A stretch of DNA of 63,668 nucleotides, counting the filler, from Intoshia linei (Eukaryota; Animalia; Orthonectida): NCBI GenBank assembly GCA_001642005.1. It is 5 parts of 5 records of this genome, joined end to end, with 100 filler letters (N's around TTAATTAATTAA, not from the genome) between each part and the next. Parts side by side here need not be neighbours in the genome. Positions count along the whole stretch, not along the records: positions 1 to 9,248 come from LWCA01001394.1; positions 9,349 to 17,959 come from LWCA01001442.1; 3 more parts are not named here. One strand, written 5' to 3'. Under the pieces are notes generated by a model that saw only the letters and a program-made list of their open reading frames with translations, searched no databases and had not been told where the DNA came from. Made by a program: the position numbers and the translations under genes. Each line of letters opens with the position of its first letter. Position 1 is the first letter of the stretch. This document shows, one piece after another, positions 1 through 14,200 of the stretch.

Positions 1-512
1 AGGTCCAAATACTGATAAAGTTGCGTGTGATAGTTTTATGATAATCGTGAAAAGTATAAAAAATCACACCCCTAATGCACAGTATAAAGACGACTGAAGT
101 GTAAATTATAAGATAATTACCTGTAATTATGCATTGTTGAATCGACAATGAAGATATATACACATTTGCGACAATGCCACATGCGAAAGCGCATACATTC
201 CGTTAATAACATCAATGGTACCCTAATCAAATTGACAGTACAAATAACTCATCCAACAAAAGCTACACCTTTGAAGTTTAATCTTATTTAAAAACGTCTA
301 AAGTAGACTAGGGTTTTATAATAAATTTCCAATGACCAATTTTTGGTGTATGTTAAATAAATTTTATAAAAATATTTATTTGAAACTAATTAAATATATT
401 TAACATAAAACAAATGTATATATAAATATTTTGCTGTTAGTAGTTTCATTTGACAAATTTATGATAAAAAACTAGACTAGATAGAATATGACACAAAGTA
501 TATAATTAAAAT

Positions 513-3500
513 TTAGTTGATATTTAATTTCATGATATCAGAAAAATGCATTGTATCATTCTTATAAGGAGGAGAATTCGATACGAAAGAGATGGGTGTA
601 ATAGAATCATTTGAAGGATTCCCTGAAGATTGACTATTGAAAGAGGAAATTAAAAATTCCTTTTCATCACATTTTGAAGAAAATTTACATTCTGGGCAGA
701 CCATACAACTACTGTCGCGATTGATAAATGTATTGAATGATTTTTGAACACACGTGTTGCAAAATGAATGACAATTCAGATTAAGAGACACTTTCTGAGA
801 TCTACAATAATGACAAGGTTTAATATGGCTTTTCCAGATCTCAACTTCAGTTTTATTCCAAGGAGAATTTGATCTGGTGGGACCGGGAGTCCAAATATCT
901 TTTGAAGTTTTTTCAATTGACCAGATATCCCTTTCTGGCAATTTCCGTTTTTTAGAATTCCAAATATTAGATATAGCACACTTTTCAATGTATTTATTAT
1001 ATATTGGCTTAGTTTCCTTTTCTTTACGAATTTGATTATATAAACTGTTTACTTTAAGAGTATTTTTACTGTTCAAATTTGAAGAATTTTCCGTGTTAAC
1101 TGAATCTTCATCTTCGATTTTTAAAATATTTTCTTCAAAATCACGTTCCTGTTTTAAATCGTACATTACAGTTTCCGATCCTGGTATCACATATGATTTG
1201 TAGTAAACTGCTGCATTGGTACGGTTAACTACATATTCTTTGATTTCGTCAAATGCTGATTTTATATTTAATTTGGATACAGTTAACTNTCCGATCCTGG
1301 TATCACATATGATTTGTAGTAAACTGCTGCATTGGTACGGTTAGCTACATATTCTTTGATTTCGTCAAATGCTGATTTTATATTTAATTTAGATCCAGTT
1401 AACTCGAAAACCGGTTCCCGCTCAGGAGAAGGTGTTACAATAAAAGTTTGTGTTTTTTGTTGGATTCTCTTTATAGTTGCCCCTTTTGGACCTACGATCA
1501 AACCAACTATTCTGTACGGTATACGCAATTTCACTGATATCGACTCGCAATTTTTGGTTTTATCAATATATGAATTTTTAAAATAGTCTTTGCTATGATC
1601 ACTATCCTTTAGTTTTATATAAATATCTTTCAAGTTGTTTAAAGCCGGTTCAGAGAATGCGGAAGATGTTATATTTTTTTTATATAATACTGAAAAATTT
1701 TCACTGTCCGCGTTTCTGCTCACATCACCATTGTTTGCTCTGATTTTGGTAAAATGTGAAGCAGCAGATTGAATTTCCTTGCAAGCCTACATTAAAATGG
1801 AATTAAATTGTAAAAATAGAATATATTACATATTTGACATCATCCTTTCGCCCAGTCACGACGAAAATGGGGTCATCTCCTCGAATAGGTGTCTAAAATT
1901 AAACAATAAACGTAAATCCATTTATCATAATTTGTAAAATTGATAGAATTGAATGCCTCAGGTACATGACCTTGGTTGACAAAAATAATACAGAAAAACT
2001 TTCAATGCACCGATTAAACTATTTGAATTTGACTTATCAATACAAAAGAATAAAAGAAATTTAAAATTACTTTAATATAAGTGTTGGTTTTCGCACGTAA
2101 TGATTTGATTTTGCTACCTAAATTGGCATTATTCTATTTTTACAATATCATCCATATAAATCTAATTTTAGTTATCCATTAATGTAATAATATATATTAA
2201 AATTTGGCAAGTGTCATTTATCAATAGTGGAAATGTACACTCAAACGAATTAATGAGAATTTGTTTATAAAAAAATTTAAATAAATTGACAATAATTTAT
2301 ATATTTTGAAATAAAGTCAAAGTAAATCACAAACCGCTGGTATCAATTTTTTAATTTGCATAATTTATATTGTAAATCTATTCAAAAACAGTTATCCATA
2401 TTTCTCCTATGAGAATAACCACAGAATTAAGTCTACATTTTAAATATTTGAAATTATTAAATTCGGTCGTCTCTCATGTCATTCATTAAAAATAAAACTA
2501 GTCAAGCATATTAAATTTCAGATACATTATTCAATCGAGATAATATTAATATATAAAATTTCATTAAAGAATTTATGTGAAAACATTCAAACATTAAATA
2601 AAATGGACATTTAATTTATATTAAATGGATAAAACAGCTGATAGAAATTATTCTCCCACTGGAAGCAACATTGTCATTTTTTCGAAGTTACTAATATACA
2701 ATGTTAAAGAATACTTTGCCGTTATCAATGTAATTACACATGAATTGGTACTTGGAAATTTACAAGTAGTAATAAAATAATTAACAAAATGAAAAATATC
2801 GATTATACAAAATCGATTTCTTTATTCTTTGTCAAAATGCACACCACCAGCTAAATGGGTTTTATAATATAACAGTACAATGTCATTATTAATTAAAATT
2901 TTCAACATTTCAAAATGGCATATTTTGTAATTTGATTGCGACAAGATTGCAATTATGTTGTTAATCAAAGAAAAATCTCGCAAAATTTATATTTTTAAAT
3001 TATCCGATGGTTTGTTAAATTATTTTGCAAATAAACTTAAAATTTCATGTCAAAATATGATTTTTGTAAACGTTATTTAATACAATTTTTAATTCACAGG
3101 AAAATATTCTATAATATTATGACTCTATAGAAGATAACTAAATAATTCCAACATTTATCGTGGTAAACTTGACACAAAGATGAATAGACCCACATTAAAT
3201 TTTAAATATTATAATTAATGATATGTTTATTTAAATTAGTTCCTGTAAATATAATACGACCCAAAGGGTCATCATCAATATGATGTGAAAAATGTTAGGG
3301 AATCTCTGTTCCAAAGATTTTAATTTAAAAAAATAGTTGACGGGAATGTTAAAGTTGGTGATGTCACCATTAGGTAATGATTAGTGTTAAATCTAGGATA
3401 GTGGCTCTCAAACTGGAATGCTTAAAATTTTTACAAATTTACATAATTTTTTTATGTTTTTAATAATAAAAGCCTCATGTTCCCAGCTTTATGCGATTAT

Positions 3501-5649
3501 ACGTTTAGCATGGATTTATTTTGTTTACAAAAAATACAAGGAACCCAAGATTGTGGAGAGCTAGCAGTAGGTCCGAACCGGATGGAAATTGTAGGCATCA
3601 TATGAAAATGATGAGGGCCATGTGGCCTGTCCTCTCCACGGTCCTGGTTGAACCAACCATGATCTAGTTCAGACGTGGGGAAGCATTTACTGTTCAAAGG
3701 CAGCACTAACGTCCCAAAAAAATTAATAAGGCCACACCTTTCTAAATAAAATTTAATCAAATACAGCAGTGCTTCTCATGGGTGACTGGTTACCCCAAGG
3801 GTTGAATAATTTTATTAGGAGTGAAATACGAAAATTTTAGATGGGTAAATGATAAATTTTTAGCATATTTTATTAATTTAGTAAAATCTTGTAAGAAAAA
3901 ACCAAAATTTTACCACCCTTAAAGAAAAAATACCATTCTACCAAAAATAATCAAATTGTTCAGAAGCCCACACCAAATCGTCAATAAGGCCACACTTTCG
4001 CCACCTCTGATCTAGTCCCTAAAAATGTTTTGTTCCATCCTACTTTGAAAAATTAGGAATACTGCTTATGAAAAACTATCGATTAAGAAAAATGTGAAAC
4101 ACTGAAAACTGAATTATGCAAAAATAATATCATTCTTTTTTTTAAATTTTAAGGGAAATGAGCATATGATAACAAAAAATATAAACTATGTCAATACAAC
4201 AATACATCAACTCTATACTGTGTAGTGATAGTGTAGCAGATGAAGCATGTGAAATAAAAAAAATTGATTTAATTCTGAATTTTTTTGGCTCATTTTAAAT
4301 AATCCCAATTTAGACTAAATTTTAGTTATAGAATGTAAAAAATTGATAAATTAAACCGAGAACTAAAAATATGTCACCCTAAAAAATAATAAAAACCAAA
4401 CTGTTCTATAGCAATATTAAAAAAATGTAAATAAAAATCTCCAACAATCAAAAATAAATATTAAACCATAAAAATGAATACACTTAAACCGAATGAAAAA
4501 AATTAAAAAAACCTCAAAATTTTAATCAATCTTTTTTGAAACAATTACAAAATAAATAACTTTATTACTAAATTATGAAGAATGGAAAAAAAACAAATTC
4601 TTACCACTGAAAATTACATAACATGAAAAATAAAATAGAAATATAGTTCCAAACAAGTTAAAAGTAAAAATATTTTAAAATGTGAATCCATGTAAAACGA
4701 AAAAAGTAATATTCAATTTTCAATTTTAAATTTTCGACTCTTTTCAAAAATTTAAAAAACCGATAAATGAAAATACAAAATTAAATTAAATTAAAATTGA
4801 ACAAAGGAAAAATGTCTACCTATAAATTATGTAAACCAATGTGAAATATTTATTTGATGGCACCCTTCATTAAATTGTTAAGATTGAATCATTCAAATGT
4901 ATTGTGGTATTGATGTGAAAGCTTTTATGTGTAGTGTAAAAATTTTATAATGGATTAAATTTGTAAATGTAGTGATTGAGTTTTATTGTTTATATGACAG
5001 TGATAGAATATAAAAAATACTTTAATAGTGTACTAAATTAAGTTTGGTTTCAACCAATTCAAAAATGTAAAAATTTTGTCATTAATGACATTATTAGTAG
5101 ATATAAAAAATATCTTTAAATTTTAAAACATGTGCGTCGTAACAATTAAAAAAATTGATTGACGCAGAACATTTGGGTAAAATTTGTAGATTATCGAATA
5201 TATGAAACTTTTCCCCTATAAATGACCAATAATAAATATGTACCTTGTCGGCCAACAATTTCTGCGACGTGCTCAGAACTTGGTACCGCTACACGTTCGG
5301 TAGTGTTCATTGATTCAGAATCTTCATCGTTTTCTGAATTTGATCGACCTATTTTTAAATCAGAATAACTTTGTAAAAATTACATTTATCGTTTAAGATA
5401 TCTTTATTTAGACTGTTATAAATAATATTTAAAATATTGTCAGACTCTAGGTACTTTAATTTAGCATTTGTTTCATTTTCTACGTGAATTTATTAAAATT
5501 GTAATTATAAAAAATGTACCATTATCGGGAAAAGATTGAGGAAATTCTTTGGGTTCCAATTCAAATTCTTCACATCTTTTCAAGCTATGCACAAACATTG
5601 GCCCACTATCGGGAAAATAAATTTTTTCTTGATGGACACTTTGATGCAT
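513..5649 (-). CDS. MEX3: MEX3 RNA-binding E3 ligase (2 KH domains + C-terminal RING); multi-exon, 5' start approximate
   Basis: Exons ~5649-5520, 5348-5244 (MNTTERVAVPSSEHVAEIVGRQG), 2117-2071 (SKIKSLRAKTNTYIK), 1892-1830 (TPIRGDDPIFVVTGRKDDV), 1786-513 (KH2 VGLIVGPKGATIKRIQQKTQTFIVTPS; RING CHYC..CHSFCNTC..CPEC). These match the MEX3 KH signature and have GT-AG boundaries. The last exon is broken by an artefactual 115 bp duplication at the N (1289). Confidence 0.93.
1174..1404. repeat. 115 bp near-identical tandem duplication around a single N (haplotype/contig-overlap artefact)
   Basis: 1174-1288 matches 1290-1404 with about 3 substitutions; N at 1289. Confidence 0.9.
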
Positions 5650-7214
5650 GTCTACAGGAATTTGGTTAAAATGCAATGAATAAAATATAAATGAGAAATT
5701 TGATAAAAACTAATAATTCAAATGTTTATGCGATAAAATTGGTATAGCAGGGAAAATAATGTAGGCAAGCAACAGTGCATAAAAATCGATACATTTCTAG
5801 ACAGTAGAAATATTCAATGCAACATAAAACTCTAAACTAGAGGCAGACTAGATTAATGTATCGTGACAAAATTGAGAAATTAATTTAATATTGATTTGTT
5901 CGACAGTGCCAACTTGTATGTTTCGTACTGTTATCGGTGCAATGACCACAATAGTGTCACAATTTAACTAAATTCATAATGATCGTCGTGTAAATGAACC
6001 GCCTTTTTTATGAAAAATGAACTAGACTTGTTAAATTAGAAACGTAGTGTACTGATTTAAGTATCAATAAGTGCACATTTAATCCCTTATGTAGACGAGA
6101 CATGTGACATTAGATATGTGACGCAGTTGATAATTTTAGCATTTAAATTATATTAATTATTAGCAAACCTGTCGGGTTCCCAAGTTGAATATAAATTTGA
6201 ATTTTAAATTACAATATATTTTAATTAGTAATATCTGTTTATCGCCCTAACTCGAGCTGGATTTATTGATATTGTTAGACTCCACCCATAAACTGTTTAG
6301 CAATGTATTTCCGACTCGTTTGCACTATTATATTATCATCAATTGTTAGCATTGAGTAAATTGTGTCAATCTGATGGCAATTTATTATTATGGCATTAGT
6401 TTACTCAAATCATTGCGTAATTGAAACAAAATCAAACACCAAAGACACAATCCATTATATACCATTATTTCAGGTGTCGTTAAGGCTCAAACAGGAAATT
6501 TTGCGTTACAAAAGTTTCATTTTAACGGTTAAATAAATAAGTAACAATAGATGCAGCTGCCGTTTCCGCAATCATTATATTTATTAAATGCATCAATAAT
6601 CTCATTCACTTCGGTACTACTGTTGGGCATGCCAATTATTAATTATAAACTCCTTTACGACTGCGTACCACTTATCCATTATATTTTAGAAATGTTTTAT
6701 TATTTTAAATTACTTTCAAATTTTAAGATTATTACATTATTAAAGGTTGACAGGTCATATCAATTGTGAATTTTTGTCATGTGACGGTATATTTAATTTA
6801 ACAGATTAAAAAATTTAAAAAAATTCAATCACTTTTATGTCACTTAAATCTTAACAAAGGTGAGTGCTTTTAGATGGGATTGAGAAAATTTAGATAATTT
6901 GAATGGTTTTAATGTAAATATTGACCATCTTATCTACAAAATGTTCAAATCAAAAACAAAACCACCAAAAATCATAATTATTGTCAATTTTTCCACCTTT
7001 TTGACTTGAATGTCTTGTTTTGTCTCATTTACAGACCGGTAAAATGTGCTAACTTGAATTAAACATTAACAGTGGTTCTCAATGGTCAGCGAAAAGGTAT
7101 TTTTTATTTCCTCGAAAATATGTTTAAAAAATGACTCGAGTCAATATTTTCCAATTTTTATCAAACCGTCGTGACCAATATTCACTCCAGTTTCTATAAA
7201 TTAACTGTTTACAT

Positions 7215-7815
7215 CAGTGGTTCCCGGTTCAAATAATATACGGAGCCTTATTACAGACTCCCATTTCAAAATATTTATTTTTTTGACCCCAAAGGAACAT
7301 GAAATATAAAAAATAAAAGGTTTTTTCAAAAAGATACTGGAAAAAGAGGATGTTTCGCTTAAGCGTTGCTAAAATTGGATTTTTATTTTGGGGTTGGAAA
7401 TTTTGAGGTTTTTTTGATAGGATTTGGTAAAATCGTTTTTTTCAAATAAATAATGAAAAAACGGGGATTTTTGAAAAAGAGGATATTTCCCTTAAACGTT
7501 GCTAAAATTGTATTTTTAATTTGGGGTTAGAAATTTTGAGGTTTTTCTGATACGATTTGGTAAAATCGTGTTTTTACAGTGTTGTGCATCTATATAAATA
7601 CTATTGTGCATTCACATACGGACCCATTGTATAACATTATATAATGCCCTGCAATACAATCAAAAGTTAAAATGGTTAGTATATGAGTGCACAACACTGT
7701 AAAAAAATGAACAAAGGTTAATAAAAATTTTTTATATTTTAATTGAATCTCAGGGAGTACCAGAAATATAGTTTTGGACCCAAGGGATCCAGACACTTTC
7801 AATCGGGAACCACTG
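7215..7815. mobile_element. Non-autonomous hAT MITE
   Basis: TIRs CAGTGGTTCCCG / CGGGAACCACTG; 8-bp TSD gtttacat/gttcacat; internal ~120 bp direct repeat; a related left end lies at ~58778. Confidence 0.8.
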
Positions 7816-9248
7816 GTTCACATAGACAGGAACCATTTACCAAAAATAGGAATTAGTATCAATACAGAAAAATCAGTTTTAATCCAATTATTGAAATTGA
7901 TTGTAAATCAAAATTTTTCATCAATTAAAAAATAATATTTTTCTCGACCGTACCGGTGCAGGTTCTATCTTATATTACACTGAAGTGATTAAAAATTTAG
8001 TTTAGTTTTTATAGTGCAAAAATTTTTTCATATTAAATATAATTGGACAATTAACAAAATATAAAAATATTTATTTATTTTTAGATGAAGCAAATTTTTT
8101 CCAGAGATCGAGAAATGTTTGAAGGGAAGACATTATGTCACATTTAATTTAGTAAAACCGTTAATTCGAAAATTAATACATTATAGAAGTGGCAAACTAG
8201 TGCTGGCAATCAATAAAAATTGATCGATTAATTTTTTTAACATACAATGTAATAAATGTAAATAACCAATTTGTAAATGAATCATTATCATGAAATACTC
8301 GACATAACAAAATATTGGAAGTGAAAAAAGAATTGACCTCTGTCAACCGGTTTGATTGTATTCTTAAAATTTCATATATGAATGATATACATATGTATAA
8401 AAAGTAAAATGTAGATGTATATGAAAATGTAAAAAATATATTTGAAATGTTTTCCTAGTTTTAAAAATCTTTTGTAGGAAATTAGCTTGGCGTTATTAGG
8501 TACAAAATTTTTATTTATTCGTAGTTTTACATTAGATGAAAGATTTTCGTTAGTTAATTATATTTAAATTGTTTTCGTTAATTTCATAAATGAGAATAAC
8601 AGCTCGAGTACCCATGCAGAGCCAAATATAGTCATTATTTTAGTGTAAAGCCTGGTAAAGGCAAACAATGAGTGTTTTCACTCATTATCTCTAATATATT
8701 AAAAAAAATGGATTTCAAAATTCTTTAAACAAATGTAAATCCTTTGGCATTAAAGTGAATTTTAATTCTTTTATTCTTGAAATTCGATTGGTTCACTGTA
8801 TATTTCGTCAATTGGTTAAAATTTTATTTAAAATAATATTGTATATGAAAATTAAAATTAGATACTAGTATCAATTTCATTAATTATTTATGAATAAAAT
8901 AAAATTGGTCACGCTATAATAATCACTTCGTAGAAACAACTAATTGATACAACGGACACATTAACGGTCATTACTATTGAAATTCATCACTATGACTAAA
9001 TTTATTGGATCTTTTCTGTTAGATGACTACCAAATTTTAAATGACTACCATAAATAACGATCAAATTTATTCAATAACCAAAACAGAAATAATACAGAGT
9101 GGCGTTTTAACTCTTTGTTTCAGTTTTCTGTGGGGGCATGAAACTGTTAATATCACATAAGATTACATCGAATAAGTCTTCACCCTTATTTTTATGACGC
9201 CACATAAATTCACACAAGTAACTGTCTAATAAGCTTCTAGCTGTGCCA

Positions 9249-9348
9249 NNNNNNNNNNNNNNNNNNNNNNNNNNNNNNNNNNNNNNNNNNNNTTAATTAA
9301 TTAANNNNNNNNNNNNNNNNNNNNNNNNNNNNNNNNNNNNNNNNNNNN
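9249..9348. other. Scaffold gap with TTAATTAATTAA linker (also 17960-18059, 31017-31116, 60627-60726)
   Basis: Identical 100 bp N/linker blocks. Confidence 0.97.
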
Positions 9349-10011
9349 TATGGGCTGCATTTGGTAAAAATAGCAGATCAAAGATATGCTTCATAGAAGG
9401 GATAATGAATTCTGTAAAATACACAAAAGTGTTATAAGACTATTTATTAAATTTCAGGGATTATTTTGATGTGAACGGGATACACGTATCTAAATATACA
9501 AAAGAGTGGTTATCAAACAAAATAATACATTTATTAAAATGGCCTGCTTGTAACCCTGACCTCAATCCAATCGAAAATTTATGAGGAATTCTTTCAAGGG
9601 ATATATACTCACACAATCAACAATATTCATCATTAAAATATCTCAAATTATCCATTATAGCAGCATGGGCAATATTAAACCAGATGTAATTAATAACCTC
9701 ATTAATTCGATGCCATATCGAATTTTTGAAGTTATTAAAAAAACGAATGTTGTACCCATTATTAAAACATATAATCATTTCATTATGATTAATATTAAGA
9801 TATTTTAACTCAATTGTCCTCGACTTTTTTCCAATAGAATTGTTGGAGAATTTGATTAATTAAGCATAGGTTTTAATTAAATTTTTTTTATGTTATTAAA
9901 TCGAGCAATACATTAGTTGTGATTATAATATTATTTCGAAATGGCAAATTCCGATTATTTTAAGGTTTTAGAATACTTTCTGTAAATGTCCCAAACTTTT
10001 TTCTAACAGTG
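9349..10011 (+). mobile_element. Tc1-like transposon, 3' half, decayed
   Basis: Translates WAAFG..CFIEGIMNSVKY and [15 protein letters not shown] (Tc1 DDE motifs); right TIR ends ...ctaacagtg followed by TA. Confidence 0.8.
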
Positions 10012-11013
10012 TATTGCATTCAAAATGCATTATGCGTTGTAATTTTACAATTAAAATTATTTTTTAATGGTTTCATTAATTTTTTTAACAAAATTATCAT
10101 TATATATATATTCTTTTCGTTAACCGTATTAATTTATTTACCTAAAAATGTAAACTATTACACAATACATTTAGAAAAAGAAAAAATAGACAAAAAATTA
10201 GAAGAATTTGGTAAACTTGATGATGAAATGTTAATTAACAATATTGGAGACCGTGACATGGAAAAGTACATTGACACCCGAACAAAATGTACCAAAATAG
10301 AACGCAAAATGATGTTTGATGGATTAGGAATAATATCATTCTACTTCTGGGTATACATGATACTATTCACAATAGATTTCAGCATATACATTCAAATAAA
10401 AAACATTCGATACAATTACTTTAAATTCAACGAAAATGGATCAACCTTTGAAAATGAATTAAATTTAGAAAAAGTAGACAAACAAAATATTAGCTACTTA
10501 ATCTATGTATTTTTGAAATATTTACATGCCAGTACATTTGACAATCACTATTTATACTATTCAGAGTGCTTACCAGAGATTGTATCAAAAAATATTTCAG
10601 TCTACAAATACAGTCTACTAGTAACATTTTTAATGTACACATTTATCGTCATAACATGCTTGATTAGACCATTTGTAATTCGTCACATTCTGGCTATATG
10701 TGGATATTTTTATCCGGTACAAGATTTTCAAAGAAGCATTTTTTTGAAAGATAAATTAATGCAAATTTTATACATTAAAAAAATTTTTTACAATTTAAAA
10801 ATGAAAATGATGTGTACACGACAACAGGAAATGATTCAAAATGAACTTTACACTTGTATAATTTGTCACACGAAATGCAATGTTGTGTTATGTAATCAAA
10901 TGTACAATAATCCTAGTACCAATGAAATAATTAAATGTCAAGCAAAATTGTGTAAAGTCTGTTTTAAAAATGTTAAATTTACATGTCCCATATGTAATAA
11001 TAAAAGTATTTAA
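10009..11013 (+). CDS. DC-STAMP domain protein with C-terminal RING (DCST1/DCST2/sneaky/SPE-42 family), C-terminal part
   Basis: 334-codon ORF with TM segments, FVIRHILAICGYFYPVQDFQRSIFL (DC-STAMP R..I...YFP..E..R..FL pattern) and terminal CIIC..C..C..C..CKVC..CPIC. Confidence 0.75.
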   Translation: MYCIQNALCVVILQLKLFFNGFINFFNKIIIIYIFFSLTVLIYLPKNVNYYTIHLEKEKIDKKLEEFGKLDDEMLINNIGDRDMEKYIDTRTKCTKIERKMMFDGLGIISFYFWVYMILFTIDFSIYIQIKNIRYNYFKFNENGSTFENELNLEKVDKQNISYLIYVFLKYLHASTFDNHYLYYSECLPEIVSKNISVYKYSLLVTFLMYTFIVITCLIRPFVIRHILAICGYFYPVQDFQRSIFLKDKLMQILYIKKIFYNLKMKMMCTRQQEMIQNELYTCIICHTKCNVVLCNQMYNNPSTNEIIKCQAKLCKVCFKNVKFTCPICNNKSI

Positions 11014-11289
11014 ATTGAAATTCATTCAAATTATTATTCATACAAAATTGTAATTACCTTTTGCCCCGTCAATGAATTGAAAACTTTCAATCCACAATTT
11101 TCAATATTTTTCATGTGTAATTAGTAATTCCTACAAATTTGATATATATATAAACCGTTAACAATACTTATCAACTAAATATCAAAAGTCATGCTTTAGT
11201 TAAAAATTAGAAAATCAATATAAACAATTTTCAATAAATGATTTATTCCCATCGCTTTGTTTATTTAAATATCACTCTTTCAATTTAAA

Positions 11290-14200
11290 ATGGTTTTTAT
11301 AGTTGGTCATAATATAAATGAAAAAAATAGATTAAGAATTGTAATTCTTAATTTTATGTAATTTTAATTCATTTGTTATTTTATATTAGTTGCAAAAGAC
11401 TTATGAAAATTTATGTTCGATTTTGGAAATTACTAAATCGGATGTTAATATAACTGATGATATTAAATTAATCGAAACACTTGTTGATATTATTGTTGAA
11501 CATCGACACAGTTTTTATGACGGAATAGGTAATTTTTATTTGTTAGAATTGGGAGTTATAGAGATTTTTTCCATTTTGAATTGATTATCTTATTTAGATA
11601 CTGAAGAGGTGTTTTCCGTACTATTATATGTAATGTTTCACCTGAAACAAAAAAATTTTAAAACATTTGAATCTTTAATGCGAAAATTCTGTGAAGGGTG
11701 GTGTTCTGTTAATATGAACTTGGAAGAATCAATTAATGCAGAAAATAATGTAGCTTCATTTTCACGTATCAATCTCAAGAATAAACTAACCAGGATTAAG
11801 GTGTATGTATATTTCAAAGTTTTAACTGTACTGTATAATGGGGTTCACACGGTGCTAAAGGAGTGTCAATTATATGGACCTCGCTAGCAAAACTTTGGGT
11901 GTTTTTTTTTCCTCCAAAAATTTGGTGATGTATTTTCTTTGCGTGGCCCACTCTATTTATATCAAAATTCACTATTTTCAGGTTAAAATCTTATTTAGAT
12001 TGAAAATGTTATATGGATTACTTGAATTTTCCGAATTTGGATATTATCTTCTCATCAATATGATTCAATTTGCTATGAAACATAACGTTTACAATTACCT
12101 ACGATTCACCTGCAACGATGTAATTGTTATATTATGATTCATGAAATTTTTTAATTTTTACGTTTCTATTTTTTCTATTTTGGGGAATATTCTGAAAAAT
12201 TAAATAACTAATTTCTTACCTGGTATATTTCTAAGCGTGGGCTGCATAAATTTTTGTACTTTATAGAAAACGTGCTTTAAAATTCATAATCAGTAATCAT
12301 TTATTAAGTGGCTTGCAAATTTTCCTCAAAAAATTTTTGCATTTTCAATATAAATATTTTTTTAAATTGTATTTTGTCATATGAACTTATTGCTTTGACT
12401 TTTTTATATTATTTATTATCAAATTTAGTTAGAGACTTGGGTTGCATGCACAGTAATATCAGACGAGGAAAAACGAAACTTGATTAACATTGTCTACCCT
12501 GAATTATTAAAATTAAATGATGTGTAATTTTTTGGACTACTTTTTTATTTTTATTTATTTTTACTTTAGAAATATGGCCATAAAAATTTTTAATTTGCTT
12601 TTTTCTACCTACCCAAAAAATTCGAATAGGGAGTTGATTACCCGAGATGTTGTAAAGTAAGTTTTTAAAATTGAGTTTGGTTAGAGTGCGTAAAAGTATA
12701 TATTTTTGAATGTAACTTTATATTTTTAATATACCAAACAATTTTCCTACTATTGCTGTAATTTTTGAAATTTAGATTAACGTTTATTTATTTACTTGTA
12801 CCACAGACACTTGACACTCACGTAATCCTACAAGACAAAAATATAAAGGAATACTGCCCTGACGATTTAATCAAAGTAAATTATTAATATTGTAAAATTT
12901 GAAAAGTATTTAAAACTATTCGGAAAATGTATATACCAGAGCTAGCCAACTACAGTCTCATTTTATAAAATTTGCTCATTGAGGAACACGAGAAAACTCA
13001 TTTTCAATTTAAACAACGCATGATATTTAAATACAAATTTATAACAAGATGATTTTATAATATGACACTTTCATAAGAAACAAGCTTATTATTTTTAATC
13101 TTAGGCTGCTCATTGAAAATATTAATAATTTTTAAATCAACAATGTCAAATTTATTTATTTATATTGATTTATTTTGTTAGCAAATTTTTCATATTTTTA
13201 ATTTTTAAATGGAATCTTTTTTTTTATCAAACACAATGCAAAACATTATTGCTTAATATGTTAAAAACAATTTTCATTGAACAAATATAATGCAAAAAGG
13301 CATTTCTTAACGAAGCATAAGGATGTTGTTTCTAAAAATGAGATACATCAAAGAAATGCTTATAATGAAATGTCCGAGAAGTTTAATAACGTAATAAAGG
13401 AAACTCAAAGAGATAAAATAGCTATGACTTTAGCCAATCACTGTAAACCTTTCCAGGATTCTCTGATTATTAAGGAATGCCTAGAACATATCTCAAATCT
13501 AAAAATGCCCGAATCCACTAAAAAAATTTTATTGAAGCTGCCTCTTTCTCCTCAATCCATTACTAGAAGAGTAGATGAACTGGCTGGTAGTTTTGAAATT
13601 ATACTAAAAAAAACAAATGAAAAACTACATATTTCTCCATATGTTTAGATGAAACTAATAATATTAGGGACATGGCTCAAGTTGCTGTCTTTGTTCGTAT
13701 GATTAATGAAGAATTTTATGTATCCGGAAAAATTATGGGGATAGTTGCATTAATTGGTACAACGAAGGCACAGGGTGTATACAGCGCTGTCATTAATATA
13801 TTTGAAACGTTGAATGTAAATATGATGAAGTTGACAGGAATATTTACAGACGGCGCAGCTGCAATGATTGATCAGCACAATGGCGTCGCTACGTTATTGA
13901 AAAGGTACGCATCGCATAATGGAAATAATAATGTTGTATCTTACCATTGCTACATACATCAACAAGCGCTATGCTCTCGAGTATGTGACATAAACGGTAT
14001 ATGTGAAATAGTAGTCAGAGCAATCAATTTTTTAAGGAGGCATGGGGCTAACAATTTTATCGGTTGTTCGATTATCGACATCAACCTTGTTAATTGTTCA
14101 TCGACAATTTCAAAAATTTTTAAATGAATCTAATAGCGATTATAATGACCTATTATTTGTATTATATTTTACAAATGCGAGATGGCTTTCTAAAGGGCGA

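Noticed and set aside
1174-1404. Apparent frameshift/split of MEX3 into two ORFs
   Set aside because: Caused by a duplicated contig overlap at a single N; removing one copy restores a continuous frame.
6551-7802. Short hydrophobic ORFs (also 17615, 30072, 31968, 32787, 60331)
   Set aside because: F/I/L/K/N/Y-rich translations expected by chance in very AT-rich DNA.
9249-9348. TTAATTAATTAA motif recurring four times within N runs
   Set aside because: Artificial all-frame-stop scaffold linker, not biological.
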